From assembly GCF_032191835.1 (NCBI RefSeq), contig NC_083223.1, forward strand, positions 191,828,001 to 191,892,000: a stretch of 64,000 nt of DNA. The letters run 5' to 3'. Source of the DNA: Heteronotia binoei. Its lineage: Eukaryota. A program made the translations under genes and the position numbers. How positions within the stretch are numbered: the stretch's first letter is position 1; every line of letters starts with the position of its first letter. The notes under the pieces are model-generated. The model saw only the letters and a program-made list of their open reading frames with translations, was not told where the DNA came from and made no database searches. Shown here in pieces: positions 37,343 to 49,056 of this stretch.

Positions 37343-38530
37343 CATATCATCTCTCAGTTGTCTCCTCTACAGACTAAAGATACCTAGTTCCTTCAATCTT
37401 TCCTCATAGGATTTGGTCTCCACACTCCTCACCATCTTTGTTGCCCACATTCCAGCTTCTTTAAATCCTTCTTAAACCAGGTCAAAGTAAAGGGATATCA
37501 TCACTTTGCATGACTTCGACACTATACTTTTGTTGATACAGCCCAAAATTACATTTGCCTTTTTAGCTACCACATCACACTGCTGACTCGTATTTAGTGT
37601 ATGGTCTACTAAGACTCCCAGATCCTTTTTGCACATACTATTGCCAAGACAAGTCTTCCCCATCCTATAATGATGCATTGGGGTTTTTCCTGCCTAAATG
37701 CAGAAATTTACATTTATCCTTGTTAAAATTCATTTTATTTGTTTTAGTCCAGTTTTCCAGCCTGTCAAGCTCATCCTGTATCCTGACTCTGCCTTCTACT
37801 GTATTTGCAACTCCTCCCAATTTAGTATCATCCACAAATTTAATAAGCATTCCCTCTATTCCTTCATCCAAATAATTTATAAAGATATTAAACAAAACAG
37901 AGCCCAGGACAGATCCTTGAGGTACTCCACTTATCACTCTTCTCCAAGAGGATGAGGAACCATTAACAAGTATTCTTTAGGTGTGATCTGTGAACCAGTT
38001 ACAGTCCACCTAACAGTAATAGGATCCAAAGCACATTTTACCAACAGGTAACAGGTAACACCTAACAGTAATAGGATCCAAACCACATTTTACCAACCTG
38101 TCAACAAGAATAGTATGTGGAACCTTATCAAAAGCCTTACTGATAAACTGTGTCTACAGCATTCCCCTGATCCAGCAAGGTAATAACTTTCTTAAAAAGA
38201 GAGATACAGTTAGTTTGACATGACTTGTTCTGGAGAAACCCATGCTGGCTTTTAGTAATCTCAGCCATCCTTTCTAAATGTTCGAGAACTGACTGTTTGA
38301 TGCTTTGTTCTACATCTTTTCCAGGTATTGATGTCAAGCTGACATGCCAGTAGTTACGTGGATCTTTCTGTTCCCCCTTCTTGAAGATGGGAACATTTGC
38401 CCACCTCCAGTCCTCTTGCACCTCACCTGTACTTTGAGAATTCTCAAAAAAAAAAAAAAATGGACAGTGTCTCAGAAATTGTATCTGTGACTTCTTTTAG
38501 TAGCCTTGGATGCAATTCATTTGGCCCAGA
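36741..38530 (-). mobile_element. CR1 LINE, decayed RT region and 3' end
   Basis: SGVPQGSVLGSVLFNIFIN...IKFVDDTKLGG; W..ANVPIFKKG..KDPRNY; LVDHTLNTSQQC; interrupted by a (GAT)n(ATT)n tract at about 37253-37343. Confidence 0.92.
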
Positions 38531-39625
38531 GCCCAGTCCCTCCTAGCAGAACTTCTCCCTCCAAAAGGACAGGTGGTGGTCACTGTAGTGGAAGGAAGAA
38601 GTAACCCCCTCCAAAAGTTGGCAACACCAAGGAGGGGTGGGTAGAGCAGGGACTGCAAGTCAAAGCAGGCCTGTTCCATTTCCGTACCTGTCTTCAGTCA
38701 GGGATGACTGAAGTTTCACAACGTCCTTGTGTTCCTTATGTAGTCACCCTAGACCTTTTGATTAGACATGTGCTGTGAATTCTGTGCTCAGGAATTAATT
38801 TCCTGGCTCACGGAGGCCTGATGTGGACCAGGATTTCAGTGAACAAACACTTGTAGGGATGCCAGCCTCCAGGTGGGACCTGAGGATCCCCTGAAATTAC
38901 AGCTTATCTCCAGACTACAGAGATCAGTTCTCCTGGAGGAAATGGATGCTTTGGAGTGTGGTCTCTATGGAATTATACCCCACTGAGGATCCTGCCCTCC
39001 CCAGGCTCCATCCCCAGATCTCCAGGAGTTTTCACCATTCCCTGCTGGTGAGCAAGGGAAGCCTGGCAACCCTAGTGCAAAGAGAGGGATTTAAGCTATC
39101 CCCCTCACATCATTTTCCCAATTTAAAGTGCTTCAGGGAGCTGCTGTTTACCCCGTTGAAGAAAACTCATAACACATACATGCACACAAGTTTCCCTTGC
39201 TGGGCTAACAGTGGCTCACTGGGGTCATTTCAGGTTGGGAAAATAGCACTCTGGAGAGAGTTTAAGCCATTCAAAATGATATCTATGTATGCTTGGGAAT
39301 TAAATTCCCAGCACAGAACTGCCAATACAAAGACAGGATGGATGCTAAAAACAACAACAAAAAAAGTGCTCCTAACTCCTCATCTGAACCCGAAGCCCCA
39401 CCTATCTCTTCCATTACCTGAGCCTGGTTGCTATGGAGACCAATTACAACTTTGGGCCTCCTCTGGAGAAAAGCCACATACACAAAGACTGCTTTCCTCC
39501 CAACCCAGGGACCCTTCTTGTACTAGTGTGTCCAAGATGGTGGGGGGTCTAGGTGGTACAGAGACTGAGAACTAACCTCCAAAGTCAAAGAAGGTTTATT
39601 GAAAAAAATATTTGCAAACATACTG

Positions 39626-39931
39626 AAGAAGATGACGAAGAAGAAGAAGATGATGATGATATTGGATTTATATCCTGCCCTTCACTCTGAATCTCAGAGT
39701 CTTGGAGCAGTCACAATCTCCTTTTACCTCCCCCCCCCCCACAACAGACACCCTGTGAGGTAGGTGGGGCTGAGAGAGCTCTTACACAGCAGTTGCCCTT
39801 TCAAGGACAACTACAAGAACTATGGCTGACCCAAGGCCATTCCAGCAGCTGCAAGTGGAGGAGCGGGGAATCAAGCCTGGTTCTCCCAGATAAGAGTATG
39901 CATACTTAACCACTACACCATACTGGCTCTC
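39626..39931 (-). mobile_element. MIR/CORE-like tRNA SINE
   Basis: Same head and tail as 27224-27778. Confidence 0.8.
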
Positions 39932-40259
39932 AGGGAGCACAGCACTAGATCAGCACAGCACTAGATCAACAAACGGATTTCAAAGGAAAATTGCTCATAA
40001 ATGCAATCCCTTTCCCTGTTCTAGACATACCCTAACTGATGTTAAAATAAGGCAGGCACTAATGATCTTTAAAAGTTACAAGGTTCCTATCTGCATCCCA
40101 TTACCAGGGAGATCATATGGTCAGGAAAAGATGGCCACCTGCTTGCAGAGCTGAGCTCAAAATTGTCCCCAGCACAGCATTCCAAAGAAAAGAGTAATTT
40201 CCCCTTACAAGGAAGTTTTCTTAACCCCCTGTCTCCATCAACTTTACATCACTCCTTCC

Positions 40260-40458
40260 CAGGGCTTTTTTTGAGCAGGAACACACAGGAATGCAGTTCC
40301 AGCTGGCTTGGTATCAGGGGATGTGGTCTAATATGCAAATAAGTTCTTGCTGGATTTTCCCTATTAAAAAGCCCTATGGAAAACAATGGTGATATCAGGG
40401 GATGTGGCCTAATATGGAAATAAGTTCCTGCTAGGCCTTTTCTACAAAAAAAGCCCTG
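40260..40458. mobile_element. hAT MITE (CAGGGCTTTTT family)
   Basis: TIRs present; TSD CTCCTTCC/CTCTTTCC (7/8); related copies near 56803 and 62032. Confidence 0.8.
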
Positions 40459-40865
40459 CTCTTTCCACAACCTTGACTCAGTCTGCCCCGGTTACAGGTG
40501 CATCTTGGGAGCCCTCCTGGAAGGCATTCTGGGAAATCTTCAGGAATTGCCTGGAGACTTCCTAGCACCAAATTTCTTAGTTGGTTTTCCTACCAGGTCT
40601 ATTAGCATATGTATAGATGTAATCTAGCAGACAATTGAACTGGCTCCCTGCCACTTCCAGAGAGAGGGGGAAAGACCCACACTTTTAAAAGATTGGGAGG
40701 AGGCTTCTCCACAAAGGGCAATATTTTGGCTCATGGTGTAGCACCAGAAGACACCACCACAAAATGCAACACAGCAGTGGTTAGATGTGAGCTACATCAA
40801 GTAAGTTCAGGACCTGTGTCATGCAAATTTTCTAAATAAACAAGCAAAGCTTACTTATTTAGAAA

Positions 40866-41175
40866 ATGAAGTACTTCTTCACCCAAAGGGTAATGAACAC
40901 ATGGAATTCACTGCCACAGGAGGAGGTGGCAGCTACAAACATAGACAGCTTCAAGAGGGGATTGGATAAACATATGGAGCAGAGGTCCATCTCTGTCTGG
41001 GGCAGTGATGCTCTGTATTCTTGGTGCTTGGGAGGCACAGTGGGAAGGCTTTTAGTGTCCTGGCCCCACTGATGGACCTCCTGATGGCACCTGTTTTTTT
41101 GGCCACTGTGTGACACAGAGTGTTGGACTGGATAGGTCATTGGCCTGATCCAACATGGCTTCTCTTATGTTCTTA
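40866..41175 (+). mobile_element. CR1-like LINE 3' end
   Basis: KYFFTQRVMNTWNSLPQEEV...FKRGLDKHM; tcttatgttctt tail. Confidence 0.75.
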
Positions 41176-42011
41176 AGCTATTGCAGAATATATCTAACAG
41201 GATAGTAGTTCATTTATGTGCCCAGAGGCCTTCTAGCCACTATGTAGCAAGCTTACTTGAAATGATCCTTTTAACTTATTGCATTTTAGCAACTCAAGGT
41301 GATTTGGGTAGTACAGAAGCCATCATAAACTGGTTTTCCTAAGTAGCTTCAATAGACTTAAAAGGATTAGATAACTGCTTAGGATGGCATTAGTTGACAT
41401 ACTGAACTAGTCCTCAACTTCTTGACTCAAAGTGTCAAAGCAGAAGTGAGATTTGAACACAGGATTAGTTCAGACTCTTAGATACTATGTTACATCAGTC
41501 ACTATGCTATTTTAACACCAGTTGCTGCTGGGAAACACTCTAGAGAATAACTGTAAAAGTAATGCCTGACAAACTTAAAATGGCAGGTGTACAGCCTTTA
41601 GTTCAAGATCACCAGTTCATCCGCTGCTCATGGCTACCTCACAAAGTGCAGATTGCCTGGTTTATACAACTGCGTTGTGCTAAAGCTAACCAACATCACC
41701 ATAATCGCTATTTTTCTTTGACAACAATGCATTTTTAGAAGAAAAAAATATGTATCTTTTCATGAAGGCTCACTGTTTAAGCTTCAGCTTTGAATGCACT
41801 AATTTATCCTTTGGTATTTCCCCCTCACACACTTCTAAAGAAACATTGAGAAGTTTTTTTCCCTATCTGTAAGCACTGCTGTTTGCTCATAAGCTCACAA
41901 AGAACACAAATCTAACTGCTGATTTTACATTGACTAGCCCTTAACGAACACTGGCTGATATGCCTGTGAAGTCGATTGGACCAATTAGAATCGAATATGA
42001 TTATATGCTGT

Positions 42012-42251
42012 ATTAGGGTTTGTAGAATCTTTCGGGATCAAGTGCCGTGTTCTACTGGAGAAAGTTTTCCATCCAGACGTTTCGTTCTCAGCTGCGGAGA
42101 ACATCCTCAGTGGCGTTGCAGCCGGAGCAGGCGCTCAGACCTTCTTGGCTGCTGTGCATTGAGTGGAGCTCCAGTAGAACACGGCACTTGATCCCGAAAG
42201 ATTCTACAAACCCTAATGATGTTACCAGCCGTGAAAACCTGAAATCTTTGA
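42012..42251. mobile_element. Short Penelope-like element insertion with inverted pseudo-LTR
   Basis: Perfect 49-bp inverted repeat (42012-42060, 42169-42217), hammerhead motif between the arms, flanking 14-bp direct repeat TATATGCTGTATTA (42002-42015, 42252-42265). Confidence 0.8.
42073..42113 (-). ncRNA. Minimal type I hammerhead ribozyme motif (Penelope-associated)
   Basis: Minus strand CCA-CUGAGGA-U-GUUCUC-cgcagcu-GAGAAC-GAAAC-GUC-UGG: intact core, 6-bp stem II, palindromic ACGU stem III, 3-bp stem I. Confidence 0.8.
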
Positions 42252-44553
42252 TATATGCTGTATTATTAGGAGGAAATAATGCTAGTGCTAATAAAAATCC
42301 CAATCTTATCAAGTCTCTCTGTATCAATCAGTTCCATGGCCTTGAAGTCATGCTCAAAAAACAATACTGGCCATTTGTAATGTCATGCTGTCAGAAACAG
42401 AAACCAAGTAACCTTTCCCTTCAGCGTCAGTGCAGGGTATCATGTTCCATTCCAGTCTCTGGGTCAACATTCCCAGGGAGGTGTGTTGCAAAACTCCTCC
42501 TGTTCTTCAAGCCTCTTGCTGTGGTAGCATTACATAATAACAGTTTACTTTTTCTGCAGTGTTTAAATGAGCTGAACAAACTTTAGCAACACACCCTTTG
42601 AGACTTCCTGGTTTCCACGGAATGAGCACGGCTCTCTCTTGTCATATGGACCCACTTTATTAGGCAGTGGTACAACACAAACTATCCCCTAATATCCCTA
42701 AAGGTGGCCAAAATAGATAAACTGTGTACCCAGACAAGCGTGGAAGCACTTCAGGCCATATCCTAGTGACAAAAAAACCTCTTTACATGGGAAGGAGCCC
42801 TGATTCCATGCCCAAGAAAATCTCTGTGGCTCTCCAAATCTTTGCAGCCCCCAGATTCATTTTACTAAAAATGCTGGAGATCCTTGATGGTTTGTGGATA
42901 TACAACAAATATTGCTAAATCAGGTATATACAATAAGGTTTCCAAGTAATTGGAAAAACTGATACTTAGGTCCAAACTCAACCTTTCTCATTCTTTTGAG
43001 AGGACAAACGCTGTTCAAAAGCAGCATCCATGGCAAAGCCTCCAGTCATTTCACCCTTACATCAGCAAAATGCTGGGAAAGGCACTTGGGTTGCCTAATA
43101 ACAGCTTTACAGCCTCTAAAGGTTGAAATTCAGGCGCCTGTCAAGAGGAAATAAGAGTGAACCTGCTCTGTGATTTGCTGAGGAAACCCAGCCCCATCTC
43201 CACCCCTGACCCCTTCCAGCTGTACAAGGCACAAGAAATCTCTTCACAGCTCTCGGTGTTATTCTTTGTAATACCCCTATGTGATAGCACTGGGGTCCAT
43301 CTCTTTTCCGGGAAGTATCACCCACAGCTCCAGGCAAGGAAGCAGAATTCTACCATGCCATACCAGATTAGTCTAAATTATTCACAGTGAAGCAGAGGGG
43401 AGTTGCTAATTTGCTTTGCTTTGCGTAGGTCAGTCCTGTGACTAGAGCAAAATCTTCAGAGTCAGGCAATCTTGATTTCTTTAATCTAAGCAGAGCTGTA
43501 CTAGTTCAAACAGAAACATCTGGATAAAATGCCCTGCCTCTGAATTGAGAATGGAATCATCCACCTGCTTTTCCACCTCTGGCATGCAGCTGTCTCTAGC
43601 ATTTGATCTCTTTGAGATGGAGGAATTTTCTGTGAGTTTGCGGACTCTTGAGGGAGGAGATTGTGTGTGTGGGGGGGGGGGTGTTAATTAAAGTTAGCAT
43701 GTGCAGCACATTTGTCCTGTGCAGTCCAGCGAAAAATGATACAATTGTTTAATTCAAGGTCAGTTTGTTGCTCACAGTACAAAGTACAATGTGAGGCGTG
43801 TGCTAGATACGTATGTAACTGACATTATAAATATTCATATATTTTATAGTAGTACAGAAAATACTCCCAGAGGATGTCTTCACATGAACATGTGAATTTC
43901 AGTGGGCATCCCTCAGTAACTCAGCTCTGCTCTGTTCTGTCAAATTTAGGGATTAAGTTTTTCAATGAAATGAGTGCCCATATTTTAACATTTGAACTGT
44001 GTCACAACTGTATCAAGAAACAGCCTGAAAAGCACTATCAATCTGTTTTGCTTTTAAAGTTTGATTGTGTTCTTCTGAAAACAAAAGCCATGGCTCACGT
44101 GGTACTTTTATTATTGGTTCTCTCTCCCTCTGTTTGAATAAGTGCATTAATGTGATGAGGTGGTCAGTGCATCAAACTAGGATCTGGGAGACCCAGCTGC
44201 AAACTCTCACTCTTCCAGGGAAGCTTGCTGGGTGACCTTGGGCCAGTTACAACCTCTCAGCCTAATCAACTCACAGGGTGACTGTGATGATAAAGTAAAG
44301 AGGGGAGAAAGATATTGCAAACTGAGAAAACCAGTGTAGAGACATCTAAATAAGTGGCAACAATGTGACAAATGACTGCGGTGCTGATTTCTTCTAGTAC
44401 ATATGGTAAAAGACTGTAGCTGTTGTGAGGGTGGCAGATTTGGGAGCTGCAGGCTGAAGTGATTGTAAAGTAACGGAGCTTCTGAGAATTGTAATCCATG
44501 GACTGAGATATACACACACACAAAGTTTTTTAAAAAAGTGGAAACTCCCCTAC

Positions 44554-44601
44554 CTTCTTGCCATTTATGAAGAAGACAAGTTCATCCTTTTCTGAAGCCA
44601 T
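44554..44601 (-). CDS. XDH: XDH coding exon 1 (MASEKDELVFFINGKK)
   Basis: Minus strand cagaATGGCTTCAGAAAAGGATGAACTTGTCTTCTTCATAAATGGCAAGAAG|gtaggg; matches the DELVFFVNGKK N-terminus; phase 0 joins exon 2. Confidence 0.93.
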
Positions 44602-44694
44602 TCTGTGCAATTTTCCAGATATACCCCAGAGAGGAAAGGGGAGACTCCAAACCACACCACTCTGAGCAGCCTCAGCACCACAGCAAGTGGAGCC

Positions 44695-44790
44695 CCAGTG
44701 ACATCAGCCAAGCAATAGGAGTAGTCCTTAGGAAACTTTCACCTGGCTCGAATACTAGTGCCCTGTGAGAGCCCAGGTTATATAAGAGAC
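44695..44790 (-). promoter_or_regulatory. Candidate XDH proximal promoter elements
   Basis: TTATATAA at 44778-44785 (about 180 nt upstream of the ATG) and CRE-like TGACATCA at 44699-44706; motif match only. Confidence 0.3.
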
Positions 44791-47700
44791 ACCCGGAGGC
44801 GTGCCAACTGTACTTGCCTGGTGCTGTTCCTGAACTAATGATAGCACAGGAGAAATTGAGAAAGAATAAAGCCACCGCCCCTTTCTATGGAAGGAGATTA
44901 GACTGAATCAAGTACATTGCTGTTCCAATATAGAGACAGTGCCAAGGCTGGGGCAGGCAAGCCTGGCAGGAAACAAGCATTGCCAACTGCTAAAAACCTT
45001 GTTCTGTCAAGTTCCCTTTAGGTTTTCTAACCAACTCTCACTTATTTTGTACTACAACTGATGCAAGCTGTTGTCTGCCACACACCAACCATTCCATGCA
45101 CCTCACAAGCAATAACTTCATAAATGCTTGTTAAACATGAAATGTTATGCCCAGTGAGCCATATAGCTCAAAGATAATTTGAGGTAGGAGAAAGGTTACA
45201 GATTTTTCAGTGCCAAGGGTGGTATGGTAAAAACATTAAAATCCCATCATATTATCCCCTTTATTCATTGGCTTTGTAGGCATAGCAAATGCTTCAATAC
45301 CCAGTTAAACTCTTTTGACAAGACTGGGGGCAAAAGAAATGGGTGCATGCACCATGGGGAAAGAAGCCTTAATCACATGACGAACACTATTAAACAAACT
45401 ATTGACACTTTTCCTCTGATCATCCTTTACTCTGACCAGTTAATTAAAATCACTGCCTGGTAGATGTTTACAGAGTTCCTTTTAAGAGAAAAGGATTTCT
45501 TAACTTTCTTTGCCAGCTGGTCAAAGAATGGTTGGGCACACAAAGGTATATTTTTTTTACACCCAAGCTAATTCTGCTACAACTTGATCCTAGTGATCCC
45601 CACCATAAATCTGTTCCAGCTGTCAAATATCTAAGGAGGAACTGCTCTACATAGGTCAGAAAAATTATTCAGCATCATTGCTTGCCACTTGATTTGTTCT
45701 ATCCCAAAGTGCAATACATATTAAACTAGATCCTGGGATCACTGTGTCAAAGGCTGGGGGTTTAAATGCCCTTATAAGAATGTGAGCTACCTCAAGTAAG
45801 TTCAGAACCTCCAAAACATATTTTCTTATTTGCTTAATGGGATTTTCTTATAAGGGCATTTAAACCCCCAGCCTTTGACATAGTGATCCCAGAACCCAGT
45901 TTAATATGTAATAGAAATTCTCGAGCATATATTGCTTTCTGCTTTCATTCATTAAATGCACTTTGCACAGAGTTGAAGAAGTGGATCCATGGACCCATTT
46001 TTAGAGATCTTCTGATTTTTATAATATTCCAGAGCTCAGAATTATTCTATATGTTTAATATCACTGGGAAGTCTTGACACTACCAGCTTGGCAAGCTAGA
46101 AAGTGCAGTTTTAAAGTAAGTCATACTGCACAGGAGGTCAACTGAGTTCATACCACACCAAGCCTGCTGATTGGAAGAATGGGCCATTTATTCTAGAGTA
46201 CTCTTGGCCTAGCTTCTACTCCTATTTTGAAAGTCTAGAGAATTCATGGCTGGTTCCCGTTTGGGGAGAAATGGGTGTTCTCCTTAATATCTTCTAGTTC
46301 TGGCGCAAGGGAAGGGACTGATGGCAAGGGACATAGAAGAAAAGTCAGTATGGAGAAGTGAATTTGTGGGGCATTTTTTCCAAAGCCTTATTGACTAGTG
46401 AGCTTGTTCTAAGCTGCAGATTTTTAAAATGTGATATGCAAAACCACACTCTGCTGTGTGCTGTTTCTCACATCTGCAATACTTGTGGCAAACACCATCT
46501 CTGAAGAAATGCATTTAAAAATAAGCGTTCTAAGGTTTAAAATTTCTAAGGTTTAAAATAAGCCTCTCCAAGGTCAAGTGCACATTGGAAGCCATGTTTC
46601 AACTGGAACAAAATGATATTCTCAGTTGTCTTCTTTGAGTTCTTTTGTTTCTTCTAATCTTTTGTCTGGGTTTGATATGAATTGATACAATCTTGACAGA
46701 GAATGCTAGTTGGGAATGCACATGCTTGGGTCACTGGTGTGTGTGGTGTTCTTTGTTCAGTTTTCCTTAGCAACTCATAGAAGACACGTTCCAGCAAGCT
46801 TTCAGACACAGTGCTGAATCTAATTGCCTGAGGTTTGCTTTAAAAACATGGCATCTATCCCAGTACTGAAATTTTGTACACCCAGTCAGTAGTGGATAAT
46901 GATAATGATAAGTAGATATTAATAATGATTCATATTATAAGTATTTCAGTCATTCCCCATTGGTTATTTCAGTGAATCTTACAACAGCCCTAGAAGGTAG
47001 TCCCAGCATTGTGACAGACACACATACATATCCTTAATAATGGGTCAGCTGGAACATACCAGGGGATCACATAGACTGGGCAGGGGTCTTGAGGAAGCTA
47101 ACAAGTAGGGCATTAACTTACCTGCTACCCCTCTATGATTTGTTCTTCAGTAACCAGTTTTCAGATACGAAGAACTACTACCAGTTTTTAAGAATAATTT
47201 GAAAATGTACTGGTTTACAATTTGTTTTCAAGAATGCTGAAATCCCTACTTATACTTTAACCATGTGTGAATAGTAATCTATGTGACATTTTATTGCCTC
47301 TTGCTCTCTCCTATCTCAGAACATGCCAACCTTTATGATTTAACAAATATAAGCAGCAGGGGGGAGGGTGTTTTCTGTGCTTTTTAATGAGATAATTTTT
47401 AGAGGTGACATTTCTTTTTGGAGGATCACTTCCAACTGCAGCAGGATTTGGCAGGATATACAAATGCACAACAGCTTTCAGGATGGCTAAGTGTTTTTCC
47501 CCTGGCTGGATTCTTTTGTCTTAACAGCGGTGTAGCAAGAAAAAGTTTAGCTGACAAATATTTGTCATGGTTCCATCACCAAGACAGGAAAACCTCTTTC
47601 TATTTGTTGTGCAGATCAAAGGAGTTCTTCAAGGAAAAAAGTCAGTTCTCCAACTTATAAATCATGTCTTTTTGCACATCTGATTATTCTAGCTGTAATA

Positions 47701-47803
47701 TGAGCATCCACATTCAACATGTACAGAAGCATTGAACCAGAGTGCTAAATGCAATCCTTACAGTAATATCTACTTATGTTCCCTTCTCTCAAGGCAAATC
47801 CAG

Positions 47804-48015
47804 GTGTTGGTCTGAAGCAACAGAGCAAAGTTGGAGTCCAATAGCACCTTTAAGACCAATAAAGTTTTATTGAGAATGTAAGCTTTCATATGCATGCACC
47901 CTTCATCAGATGATGAAATGGGGTACAGTGAGCAGTGTTACATATAGCTTGTGGGCAGTAGTTAAGCATGCAAAATAGTACAAAGTTAGAATCCAATAGC
48001 AAAATAGTTAGAATG
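47804..48015 (-). mobile_element. Penelope-like element terminal remnant
   Basis: gcacctttaagaccaataaagttttatt...gtaagctttc...cttcatcaga resembles squamate PLE terminal repeats as recalled. Confidence 0.55.
47876..47912 (-). ncRNA. Degenerate hammerhead ribozyme motif in a Penelope-like remnant
   Basis: Minus strand CUGAUGA-A-GGGUGC-AU-GCAUAU-GAAAG-CUU; core retained, stems I and II mismatched. Confidence 0.55.
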
Positions 48016-48777
48016 GTTTTAACCAGAGCTTATTTGTGATGGTACTTACTGGTACTGAGTACCATCACATGTGGGGGGGGAGGTTATTTCCCAAGTCCTG
48101 AGGAGGGAATTGTTGGAAATAGGTACAACCTTTTATATGAGTAATGGCACTATTTCTTTTTTAACAAAAGGGCCATTCACAGGCCTTTAGAAATGCCAGC
48201 CCAGGGTAATAATCTTCTGCTCTAGGTTCAAGGCTAAATTGCCTTGCCATCCCTCAGAAGACATGGAAGACAATTTTAAGATGGCACTTACTAAATCAGG
48301 CAGTGTGTTTCTGATTGTCCCTTTTTATTGATAACTTTTTTCTTGGGTTTTTATTTTTTTTCTTGCAAATGGTTGTATTTGATTATTTCATTGGGCTGTT
48401 ATGTGAAAAACATGGGAGGGAAGCAAAGGTGAGGTAAAATATTTCAATAAATAAATAAAATAAAACATTTCTAGTGGATATATGCAATGGATTTCAAATG
48501 TGTAACACATAAAAAAAACTTTAAACATTTATTCAGTCCACTGATTGCTGAATTAATTTACTTACTAAAGCCAGTCTGCAAGGAATCGCCCTCTTAACTG
48601 AGCAACGTATAATCTGTATTGACTGTTGTTTCCCTATGTAGGCCCAATAACTGTATGGAAGCAGTATTCTTGCATCCCCGAGTTCTAATTATTGAAATGT
48701 TTTGCTTACCTCATGGTCCTTGAGTAAAATATAGCAAAATAATACATACTGTATTATTTTAATGCATAAGATTCTGT

Positions 48778-49056
48778 GACTGATTTCACACTCACCTTAC
48801 GCTGCCCTCACGTTCGTCTGCTCAGAGTGGCTAACTTCCGATTTCCCATTATCTGTGCCAGGGCTGCAGCAAACATTGGCATTTTCGCACAGCAAACGAA
48901 AACCACTAAATACCAGTTTCTGTTTGCTGCACGAAAATGCTGATCCTTGCTGCAGCCCCAGGGCAGATAGTGGGAAATCGGAAGGATGCCGCGCTGAGAA
49001 GACGAATGTGAGAGCAAAACGTTCGTGCCCTGTGAGAGGTGAGTGTGAAATCAGTC
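48778..49056. mobile_element. Foldback MITE, PIF/Harbinger-like (279 bp)
   Basis: TIRs gactgatttcacactcacct/aggtgagtgtgaaatcagtc with an extended internal palindrome; 3-bp TSD TGT. Confidence 0.8.

Larger units (their letters stand above)
3994..44601 (-). other. XDH: XDH gene span, 5' portion (coding exons 1-10 plus duplicated exon 7); continues beyond left edge
   Basis: Spliced exons give one frame: [84 protein letters not shown]... [23 protein letters not shown]... [21 protein letters not shown] ... Exon sizes 58/97/109/127/62/87/142/93 match the vertebrate XDH structure as recalled. Confidence 0.97.

Noticed and set aside
41598-41640. ADELV-like peptide as a possible XDH exon 1
   Set aside because: No in-frame ATG and a stop follows; the true exon 1 with FFINGKK|gt is at 44554-44601.
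3994-44601. Aldehyde oxidase (AOX) identity
   Set aside because: Residues such as [23 protein letters not shown] and [24 protein letters not shown] match XDH rather than AOX as recalled.
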